Source of the DNA: Phoronis australis
Taxonomy: Eukaryota; Animalia; Phoronida
Assembly: GCA_002633005.1 (NCBI GenBank)
Contig: NMRA01000136.1
Span: forward strand, 503,238 to 541,745
Length of the DNA: 38,508 nucleotides
Direction of reading: 5' to 3'
The notes beneath the pieces are model-generated. The model did no database searches. It saw only the letters and a program-made list of their open reading frames with translations, and was not told where the DNA came from. Position numbers and translations under genes: made by a program. This document shows, one piece after another, positions 12,901 to 24,900 of this stretch. The stretch's first letter is position 1. Each line of letters starts with the position of its first letter.

Positions 12901-15900
12901 CTTGCAGGTGGCAGCACAGGTAACTCTCCTCACGTTATCATCCGTTAGCGGCTATAAACGTTGTTCCAATTTTCAGAACAACTTTCTTGTTCTCAAGCAC
13001 ACTCACACTTCCAAAGCGGCTTCATTGCTTTCTTGTCATGAGTGAAACTTGTTACAAAAATTCGTCCACACAAATCCAACGCGTCAGTATTTCCTCAGTT
13101 ATTCCTTGCCATCTAAAAATTGCACAAAGTTTTCAATCGCTTAAACTTGCTGTCAAAAGATATCTGTCGTCTGAGATTCATACATTAACATCAACTGCAT
13201 ATATAACAACTGTGTGTTTATTTGATATATTTAACTACTGGCCAGCCTCAGCGTTTATATATTTATTGTTATCATGATTGTTAATCTGCCTGCAAATAAT
13301 GTAGTAATTGTATCACTTTTTGCTCAATTTCCCAAGGTGAAATAAGCAGTATCTAGTAAAAAAGTATTTCGAACCTTTGAGTCTGAGCTGAAACTTTCAT
13401 GCCGTTACCTGAAAAATGTCGATTCTCGTCTGTCAGATCTGTCTGAGCTCAGAGATCACTTCTAAAATGAATAAGACAAAACCTTTTATAACGCTTAGTG
13501 GCCTGAACCAAAAGTTCATTTTAACAAAACTGCAACCGGCAATAAGTTGTGTCCGTTTCTAAATGCTCAAAAGTAAACCACTGCTGTGGCCTAGTGACTT
13601 AACCTGCTTTCCATGATGCTGTTGGTATCGATGCGTTATTGCATGATATAATTGTATTCACAGGAGGCGTTTGAATACGGTCTAGAGCCTCTTATACTTG
13701 GAATGGCATCTCAAATCACTGAACGGGAAGATTACATATTGAACAAGGATGTGAGAGGTATGGATGCACACTAGAAAGTAGTTCCGGCATTGCACTCTCT
13801 GAAAAGCTAGTTGCGCTAGTTTCGAGTCGTCCTCAGCTCAGTCAAATATGTGGCTCACATGTCCAGTAGTGAATTCTAGGTTCTGTTTCATTGATCAATG
13901 AAAGAAAGTTTGGACTGAGTGAGTGATTTATGATTCCTAAGACCTTTTGATAGTGTAAAATATGAAGAAAATCAGTTGATAAGACTGATTAGAAAGCTGT
14001 TTTACAAGTGATTTATGTACAGGTTTGAAGTGAACATGGGAATTTACTTTATTTCAAACTTACTGACTGCTCTGCAATTATTCATATTAAAAGAAGGATG
14101 TCTAAAAAATTTGAACCCGGTCAGTATTTAAAAAGGCACAGAAAACGAGTCACAGTGGTACCCGTGCTTGCGTGAGTGCATGCATGCGTCCGTGCGCGCG
14201 CGCCCTCGCGCGTGTGTGTGTTTAGGTGTGTTTATAGATGTGTTGTACCTGTGTAATATCGTATGAGATTATTCATGGTGGTAGCTGTAGGAGAAACAGC
14301 TTGCGTCATTGTATATAGTATAAATCATTTTATTCTTGTAATATCTTGAAAACTAGCGGTGCGTCTTAATATTTTGTAATCATTTTGTTTCTGCTTTGAT
14401 CTGTACAAAACATGCCAATTACAGTTGCCTCATGTGACGCACATCAATATTTGGTTAATTTAGTAAGTCGCACAACTGTACTTTTGAAGCGCTCATATCA
14501 TGCGGTCGCATTGTAATGCTTTGTGAGTAGGCAAAGTCTTCGGCCCAGTTCAACATTCCAGGAGGGATTTAGGTGTCCTGAATATCAAGCGAGGTCGGGA
14601 CAATGGCATACCAGACTACAACACTGCAAGGAAACTGTTGGGACTCGAACCAAAGACCAATTTTTCCGACATCAACCCGTGGTTGTACGCCAAAGACTCT
14701 GAGGTATTGATGGCGGCGCCCCTTTCGGCCAGTGGTGTATTGCATAATAATATTTACATTAACCATTCAGATTTTTTCGCCAGTTTGTGTTATGTTTCGC
14801 CAGTATATGCAAGATTTCGCCAAAGTAAGCGGAGTGTTTAAAAAGCATTAACTTTTACATTCACCTGTATTGATATATGCAACAATTCTGACGTCGATTT
14901 TACCTGTACAAGTGGTTAACTTAAGATTTTTACAAATAGGAGATCACACCCCTGAACGATTTAAAGGGGAAGCAAAATGATATAATCGTTCAAAATTCGT
15001 CGTAGGCATAATCTCGTCCATTGATGTTTACGAGATTTTAAAGACCTTTTCGTTATCAGTGGTAAGATACAGTGTTTTGGATTATTAAGGGAGATTCGAA
15101 ACTCCACTAAACCATAACTCCAGCGCACGTCTCGTGTATAGCAACAACCACTAATTCAATTGTGCAATCAAAGACTCTGAGCGGGTGAGCTTTCCTTGCG
15201 CTGTAGTCAGTGCCGCAGGGATGTGGAGGGGAGGTGTATGGACTGGGAAATATTTGCTTTTCAAACGACAGGGGAAGTCAGTGGCATGGGGGGGGGGGGG
15301 GGNCGGCAATAATGAAAGGAGGGCACTGTTAGCTCCACTAGCGGCAGCGATCTTACCAATCTTTTCTAACCATGTTTTCTACTCATTTTCAGGCGTTCAC
15401 AAGACTCAGTTCAGTATACGACGGCAACATCAACAATGTAGACATCTTTGTTGGCGGCTTGTTTGAGAGCATACAGGAAGGTCCAGGGGAGCTGTTCAAA
15501 CTGATCATCAGGGACCAGTTTACGAGGTTTCGAGACGGGGACAGGTTTTGGTTCGAAAATAGGCTAAACCAGTAAGACTTCATAACCAGTTATAGAACGT
15601 AAAAGCACTGTCAACTGGATCACACTTGTTTTATCACCCTAACCTGAAAAAGAAGCCTACTTCCTTAAGCATACGCAGAACATTTGTTGTCAGTCTTAGA
15701 TTTACTTTCCTCGCTAACTCATTGAAAAGATTCACACTCAGTTAAATACCTAGTAAGAATAAACTTCATGTCTCTCATCTTTCTAACATCCATAGGTTGT
15801 CATATCCATTTAGATACTTTTGATTCACTTTGCTGGTTTTGTGTGACCAACGGCTTATAAGACCAGTTTGATGTTTGAGCCGGATGACCCGGTGGACCTG

Positions 15901-18900
15901 GCGAAGTGAATCAAGTGCATCCTATATTTGCTTACTTTCAGGGCTAATTTGAGGCAAGGTTTTCAGATTCAGTTAAAAATTTCAAACAGCAATCTTTTTC
16001 TGTTTCTTTTACGCTTGTCTAAAATGGCTTGTCAGGCTAAGTGAAAGTTTCATCTAGTGGGATGAAGGTGCCTCGTTTTCGACAACATAGTGAGTGCACT
16101 TGTCTTTCCTATCTGTTATAAGACTAACTGATTAACTCAAATGGGATACCATTATTTCAGATTTTTTACCGACACAGAACTAGCGGAAATTCACAATACA
16201 ACACTTTACTCTGTTGTTCTGGACACGACGAATATTAAACCCGGGGATATACAAGAGAACGTGTTCTTTTGGAAACAAGGTTTGGATAGTTAAGCTTAAC
16301 ATGTTCAATACGGATGCAGTGTAATAATTTCTAACAAGTGAACGTATTGGTGTTATGATAGCTTTCATTTTCGAAGACGTGTACGGAACGTCAGACGTTT
16401 TAACACAAGCTGTAGGAAAATCAAAGCTCCTATACTTTTGTTACAGTCCTTTCCAACTTAAAACCAGTGACGCTAACCATATAATTGTTTCCTTTTCAGG
16501 AGACCCCTGCGAGCAGCCGAAGCAACTGAATGGCTCTGACCTCAGCGAGTGTAATGCCAACCAAGGTCACGACTTTTTTAGTGGAAGCGAAGCTGGTTTC
16601 ATCGTCATAATTATTTGCATTATAATATTTCCCATTGGTAAGTGTTAGATTACGTTATTTTACCATCATTTTAAAATCACTATGAAACGTTTATAAGGTA
16701 ATAGCTGTTGCGTGGGAGCAAGACTGGGCGCAATTACTTCTCACTCGTGAGAATAGTTCGGTGCGAAATCCAGGTTTATGAACACGATTAGTGAGATTTA
16801 TGGGCGCTTAGGTAACATAGGGGTTTCTCCTGTCCTGTAACGTCCAATCTTTTCCAGCGGCAGTTATTTTGTTAGGTTGCTTTAGCAAGGTCGCGAACTT
16901 ACCAGCAATAATTCATATGCAAATTAGGGGCGGGAGAGAAAAGGGGTCTCGAGCCCGTACGGATGCCATCTAGACGAAAATACTAACGCCGTCATCATAC
17001 AGTTTTACCGGCTGACGCGGAAACTTTCCTGTAAGTTTATTAGGCAGGGTAACTCAACGTTCCAGCATGGCAGTCCAATCACTTCCAGTAGTGGTGATTT
17101 TAATAATGAGGTGACGAGATTGGCAGCAAAACACTAGCGGGACCCTACGTTACTTCCTGGCCTCTGCTGCTTTCATGGCCTCTCACGTATACTGCTGGCT
17201 TTCTGTCGGAACTGTTACTTAGAAATGGCGTCTCATATACTTAACACTGATTGTTTTTTAGGTGCTTTTTATCTTCCCGCTGTTGTGCTCAAGTTAAGAT
17301 TTATTTTACGTCGAGGCGGCTTCAGATCGCGGGAGTACTCCTCTCTGCTCAACGAAAGTACTGTGGAGAAACATTTCATGTCAGAGGACGTTAGAGGTTT
17401 GTTGCTAACTGCACATTTTCTTGTTTACTTGTTCATGCACAACTGGCAAGTCGTCCTGACGACGTTTTGGCCAAATAACCATTCTTTGTTACACATTTTC
17501 GGGTCGGCGGGGAGCCGCAAAAATGGTGCCATGTTAAGCGAACAGAGAAGCCAAATGCAAAACTGCTACATGGCCAAAGGTGGAATTATTGACAATTGGC
17601 GATTTCTTGCGACGCCGTCTCCTCTTGCGATGGCCGCCTCCTCTTGCGATGGCCGCCCCCTCTTGCGATGGTCGCCCCCTCTTGCCCTTTCCTGACTACG
17701 CTGGCATTTATGTTAAAGTGACGTTCACCGCAATCTCTGAAAACCGACGCTTGCTTTATGTTTTGGAGTGGAACCCAATGTTTTGTTTCTACAACTTAGT
17801 ATTCATAATGGAACCCAATGATTGCTTCAAAACGGGAAAATTCTTCGCCGCTAAATTAATTCATTTTATTTTTGGAATGTTTGCTTTAGCGCTGCTTGAG
17901 TCTTTAAAGTCACATGCACACGACTAGTGTTTCAAGGAGCATTGTGTAGTTTGTTTGGCATTTAAAATTTAGAACTTTCTGCCGATATTAAAATTTAATG
18001 TGGGGTGTAACACAAATTCGCCTTTTCAAATTCAAATCATCTTCTCGCAGTAATGGAGTATCACGACAAGGGCAAATGGCGACATGTGAGTGTCAGGTTC
18101 CTGGAATCAGAAAGTTCCATTGTCGTCCAAGACAAGTGTGGCAACATTCTGAGAAACATTTATCTGGGAAGCACAGATATGATTGTGCTTCAGCAAGCAA
18201 CAGAATCAAGGGAATACGTCATTTGTGTTAAGATGAAAAATGGGATAGATTTGGTGAGTTATTTTCCAGTTATGTTATATGTTCGTTCATAAGTGCAAAG
18301 CCGTTGATTATCGAACAACTGCGAGAGTCTCTGTGCTGTGATTGGGATGTTAGCGAGGTTGTCTCCCAAACGAAACGTTCCAGGCTCGATCATGTCGTTG
18401 AGAAAAACATGACCTAGGCTGTTCAGGAGGAGGCAGTGCGACCTACTGGGTTGACTGTCCACCTCAAGGTCGTAGATTCTAATCCCACTGGACCTTTATT
18501 CAGGTCTCTAGCTCCTCAACTCGGTCTTAATTTGTGTGTATGTGTTATACGGACACCTTATACCACAATATCAGCCGCGAATGGCCAACACAACCGTTTA
18601 ATAACCCATTTAGTTATCTAACGTTGTTAATAATATTTTTGTTTCGTGGATTTTGGAGAATTATCGCCCTCGGGGCTAACGTCCCTCGAACTCTAGATTA
18701 CGGGTGATAACGATACTTCGCCATGTAATAATCTATATTTTTTATGAAACAAAGAAATGGTGTTTTGTGCAATGGGCCCGGCTGAGTGTACTGCGCACGT
18801 CTGATAGAAAATTTATCAGACCACGTGCACTGTTATTACGCTGTTCAGTCTACGCAGCTATATGTATGGGTTTCATACTCTCATAGAATAATCATAGTGG

Positions 18901-21900
18901 GCGTGCCGCCCAGAAGGTTGACTTTTTTCCTACCCGTTTCACTACGAATGGGTACGATGTGCCTTTTCCTGACAAAATTCCAAACAAAAGGTAGCCTTTT
19001 CCAACAAAATTTGTTGGAAAAGATTATTGTTTGAGTTCGAAACTCTGCAAATGTTTCCTTTACCCAAGTGCAATAACCTACAAGAGGGTTTATGCTTTAA
19101 TGTTTACAGAATACCTACAAATGAGTTATATTAGGCTTTTGCAATACACTCTACAAATGGGTTAGGCATCTGGAACAAAAGCTTACGAAACGGTGAGGTT
19201 TTCATGGAAGCTCCCTGAAGACGGCACCCATTATCAAACCCACTCTATAAATAGGTGGGTATTCTGAATTTTAGCCAAATCACTCGGGATTAGTCTAGAA
19301 TGGAAACGAGGCGTCCTGCCCATAAGGTACTTGAGAGAACACCACCTTTCGCTTTAGACACAGGGATTGGTAACATGCTCTATTAGAAGTGTACAGTCTT
19401 TTACTAGGCTGGAAGTAGGTTACATTACTTATATCAAAAGAACATGATGAAGTTGTTTTCAACATGCAGATTTTTCCAACTTAGCTTGGTGTATTAAGCA
19501 CGTGTCAACCACACATAATCTTCCTTAGGTACTATGTTACAAAAGACATGCTGATGCCAAAGCACTTGTCGACAAAATTGACAAGTTTGCTCGTGACCGG
19601 AACTTTATTACGAACAAGGTAGAGTTATCCAAGACGAAGATTTTGTCCGAAGCGCGAACTCTGAAGGAAGTCATGAAACAAGTGGAATATCATTGTCGTT
19701 TCCTGTTTGCTGAGGTAATATCAATGCCTTGTTTTAATATGAGTGTGTATGCGGTAATATCAATGCCTTGTTTTAATATGATTGTGTATGCGGTAATATC
19801 ACTGCCTTGTTTTAATATGAGTGTGTATGCGGTAATATCAATGCCTTGTTTTAATATGATTGTTTATGCCTTGTTTTATGTTCTTTGTGGTAGATTTTTT
19901 TGTACCTGTTTGTAATGATTTTAAAAGCCAACACAACAAATGAAGTTTAAAACCGTAAACAGCTTATTATTTAAGATGACTTATTCTTATTAAAATGATA
20001 CAGGCAAAGCGAGGCCCTCTATATTAATATAGGACGCATCTCTTTTGAGGCCCGAAATTTAATTTTTTTGCCTATATCATTTTAATATGAATTAGTCATT
20101 TTAAATAATAAGCTGTTCGTCGTTTCTTTTGGGTATAAACTACTAATACAGGATTGTCGGTAAAACAAGTGATTCACTCTGCAAACCACGTCGTTTAGTG
20201 TAAAGAATGAAGTATTCGAGATGCAGATTGTTACCTCTAAAAATTAATTTTCAGTTGCTGAGTATCGACATCCGCAGTGACTTGTCACACGACTTGACCC
20301 AAAAAGACACCCTTCAGGTCGAGCTTAGCAGACACGAGTTTGCCGAAGCGACGCGGCTGAGAGCCGACTCCGAGTTTGTACAATTAATTTATGACACTTT
20401 GGACAGCGAGAGAAGTGGATGTTTAAAGCTCAGGAAGATTCTCGCCTTTTTGGGTTTGGTTTGTGACGGTAAGGCTCTCAAATACACTTTTAGTTGTCCA
20501 CATGAAAAACTAACTCTTCTAGGTACTTACTTTTCTGGAGTTCTCAAAGTGTTAATGCATAGTGTTAATGTCTGAGTTGAATCATATCGGTTTATCCAGA
20601 CTTAGGCAGCCTTGTTGTATCTAAGAATTCCAACGTGTTTTTTAATCTTTCTAATGTTCACATATTCTCTTCTATTATTTTTCTACATGTACAATGGGAT
20701 TTGCTTATGAACAGTTTATGAATGATTTGAAATAGAATACATGTGGACTTCCCCAATCATTTTCATTTCAGTTCCTTTCAAGGTAAAGCTGAAAGCTTTG
20801 TTTGACATGTATGACATTGAAGGGCGCGGGAAGGTCAAGAAGGTGGATTTCATGAAAGATCTAAAGTAGGTTGCAAAAAGAAATGAGATTTGAATATAAG
20901 GTGTTGACTTTGACTGACGAGGAAGATTAATGCTGATATAGTGTCAATGGGATCAATATGGAAAATCTTGTCTCAGGAAGGTCCTGATAATGAGCTCTAG
21001 CAAAATTTCTTTTCGGTGTTACGGGAGATTTTTGAGAAATGCAGCTGGAATATAAAATATAAGAAGCTGACGAATTGCCAAAAACTTGCTCAACTGAACA
21101 TGTTTGTCTATTAATTTTTGTACTTCAATAAGAAATATGTTTGATTTTTTTCTAGAACCATTGAGGATATATCCGACAGCAGAGGTGACAAAACGCTAAT
21201 GGATACCATGTTAGCTTCAGCTGATTTAGACAAGGAACAGGAACTCTCGTTTGATGATTTGCTGAAAATGTCAGAAATGGAAGATAATCTAAAGGGTTGG
21301 TTTATTTTTCAGTGAGTTGTTTGAGTCTCGTTGTTCTCATGAACTTACCGTGAAAGTCTACAACAACTGTGTTAAAAACGTATGACTACGGTTCTTTTTT
21401 CATCTGGATATTTCAAATAAGCTTCGTAACTAAATCACCATAAGAAGTCCAAACGTTTCTAGCATATTGTCTCGGCACTCTCTATCGTTCTGTTCCTTAG
21501 ATAATATAGTCGGAGCGTTCGAAAGGCTGGAACGCCCCTCTGTTCTCGAAAACAAGCGTTCTTCAATAGCGAGACCGATGACGGTGCCCAAGTTTCAAAT
21601 GAGAGCCAGAACAAGCTGCAGCCAAACAGTAAGGTATGATGCCACATGCTGTTTGCCCCACGACTGATCCACGAACACATAGTTCGGTCTTTGTGACAGT
21701 CCTGCTCGTGCAATACAACTGTGTGCGATCCCTTCCTATTGTTAGACACGTCTTTGCCATCTGAACGCCCGTCCTTCCTATGTCACCGACCGCCCTTCCC
21801 ATTGGCCGGTCGTTCTTGACCAAACATGTTATATATGCCCACTACTAGGGCCCGTGCCAGGAAACTGATTCAAGTTCATTTTTTTACTTCAGTCTAAGAT

Positions 21901-24900
21901 TTGTTTCAACTTTCCAACTTTGAAACTTAAGACAAAAACTTAAGTCAAACGGATTTGAGAGAAATTTGATTTTTATCTTAAAATTGGCTGAAATTTAGAA
22001 TTTGTCTTAGCTAACTCAATTTTCTTGGAACGGCCCCTGCCTTAGGGTATATCAGTGTCTTTTAAAAAAGAAAATTAACTGAGTGGTAACAGAATAATTC
22101 AACGGAAACACTTACTCACTGCGTGACGAAATGGATATTAGATGGATAAGATGGATGTTTTTCTTACACTTGTCGTGTAAGTCGCCTGAAGCTTGGTTGC
22201 AATTGCTCACTTAGCAGACTTTGTAAGCGGTTGTCAATACTTGCTCTTATCATTTGAGGGTTGACGGGGATTATATAACATTGTACCACAATATTAGCCT
22301 CGAATGACAGATACAACCGTGTAATAACCCATAAAGTATGAATTTGTAGAATTATCTCCAAAATCCACTGGGGCTCTAGATAACGGGGGATAACGACTTC
22401 GCCATGTAAATCTAGTATATTTATTTTATTTGAGAGAAATGGACGGGAAAGTCGTTGATATCATTTTAAGCTACAAGAATTCTGGCGCCCAGATAATTTG
22501 AACTGCTCCCCCTATCGTCCCAATTCTTCCAGTAGTCAATAGATACGAATATTTTGTGATAGCGGCTTCCTTATCAAACAGTTTGGGTTTGGACGATGTA
22601 GGTGTCAAATTAGGCTTGCACAGTGCACACATCTGTATCAGCCTTAGTTTAAAGTGATTATAAACCCATCTACCATCAGAAAAACTTTTTGAATTAGACC
22701 ACTTACCTTTATGAAATGAGTCTCGATTTTTTTCCTACTCGAAACGTATATCAGGACTTCAAAACAATTGACAATTCGTAATTCAGTGAAAACCAGGTGA
22801 TAAAAGTTTATGTCCTTGGTCTTAAGAAAGAAAGAAATGCTAGTTTTTTCCGATGCCTTCTATTCTCAGCAAGGAAAAAGGCAAGACCAATTTTATAACA
22901 TTAAGTGACCCAAATCAAATTTTTTTTTTGACAGAATGTGCGAGTTAAATGTCACTTTAAGATAGTTGTGGTTTTGCATAAAACTTCCACAGAGTTTTGT
23001 AACGATGTTACCTAGGTCACGTGAAACGCCATTTCACACAAATTATCTAACTAGTTCTTGAAATCTAGATTTTGTTTCAGGTCTGCTTCGACTTACGACA
23101 AGTTCGAAAAAGCCACAAGACCTGTATCAAATAAGACGGGCGTTATCAAATGGTACTATTCTGCCACGAAGACGATGGCAAATTATCAACAACGGATACA
23201 AATTGTGCTGATGTTTTATTTGGTCACAGTAGCTCTTTTTATCGAGCGATTTCAAGGTATATTTTGATCGCAAATTAAATAAATTAAGTCGTTATTTGGG
23301 CAACATTTCGCGCTTGTATTATTCCTTTTGAAAAGAGTAAGTGGTTTCCGTTTTATTGGCACTATTTTTCGTGACGAATCTAGGATGTTGCATAGGTTAA
23401 CACCGGAACCGTACTAACCACGCGCCGGTTTGTTGTCGTGTCGGAAGGGGTGGGGGGAGAAACGACCTCCTGAGGAGACGGTGTGGCACAGTGGTTTGAG
23501 CTCTGGACTCCCGCTTAAAGGAGCATGCCACCCGATTTAATTAGTCTTTTTGCCCTCTTAATCTATCTATATCCACATCGCCTCTCATACGGTCGACCAT
23601 ACCTTTCCAAGAGGTGTCGTGTTAACCCGTGAGGAAGAAGAGAAACGACGCAGCGACGTCAGTGGTTCATTTGCAGGGTGAATGCCGCTATGTTGCGGTA
23701 CCATCGCTCCCGCTTGTCCGAACTATGCAGCTGCGAGGAAAGCGGGTATATAGTTTTTTCGACTTCCCCGAGAGTTTGACATGCTTAAGAAGTGGCTCGC
23801 GGTAGTGAAGAATGAAACGTACGCTGTAAATAGCAAGCATTAGGCCGTGAAACATCTCCGTGTCTGTGGCTTGCAGTCGTCGACAGCGCCTGACGAATGC
23901 CGGCTTACCAACTAACGTTCCGTTGTCTAAGCTTGTTCACGGCGCCTCTCTAGTGTTTCTTGATCAGTGTATTTCGGTTCGAACTGATAGCCTGTGAAAC
24001 TTAACGATACACCTGCGAAGTCTTCGTCGGATGAGCTCTCGTGGGGATTGCGAGTTGCCATGTTGACGTTTATTACTGAGCGTTCTGTTTCAAAATGAAT
24101 TATTCTCACCCTTACCAATACTCATATAAAACTGAAACAAAGCCTGTTTCATTAGATGCAATCTGTAATGCCTTGGAGTGCTCGTGAGTGCAAATGATTT
24201 GAGAAGACAGCAATGAATAAATCACTGCGTTACCGGCTTGGTGCAGCAACACTAATTGACGGGACACCGAAGCCGCTTGAGCTCATGCTAATTCAGTGTT
24301 TGCTGACAGAAACTGTTGTAGAACAACTCTATTTCTATCCCACGGCCAGGTGTTAGGGGAATCTTTATTTACATTCATATTATTCAAATAATGATTGTCA
24401 ATGTACAACTTCTCCCCTGACGGTTCTTTGGCCAAAGCGGAACCTGAATTCGCGGCCCCCGACGAGTAAGTAGGTTTGCAGTTTCGTGGCTAATTCACCA
24501 ACATAATCATGTGCACATTACTTCTTTAATTGGATCAATTGTATAGTATGTTTTGACTGGAAGTTTAGCTTCCGACTTTTTCTGGTTTATGTTCATGATG
24601 TCTTCAGTTCAGCCGCGACGGGCCTAACCGGTTTCCGAACCACTGGCCGGGATAATTATTCAGTCCGGCCGGCCGCGACGGGCCTGATCGGGCTCCGAGC
24701 CACTCACTTGCCAGAATAACAAGCGTTTTGTGCGTTTAGAACTAAAAAAATCACAAGTCTAAACAACGCAGAGTTAGGTTTTCCTGTATGTATCTCACGG
24801 AAAAAAACTTCGAATTTATCTCCGAACAGACCGCGAACTCCTGCTACGGACTAGGGACCTTATTGGCCTGCCGAACTTTGTAGGCTACGGTGTGTCAAAA

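Noticed and set aside
14961-14985. Extra TTAAAGG Kolobok-like ends (also near 642, 1418, 10761)
   Set aside because: No matching inverted partner end found.
17397-17927. Long ORFs 17225-17695 and 17580-17927 as separate genes
   Set aside because: Exon 15 read-through plus a GC-rich 19-bp repeat explains the lack of stops; no recognisable domain.
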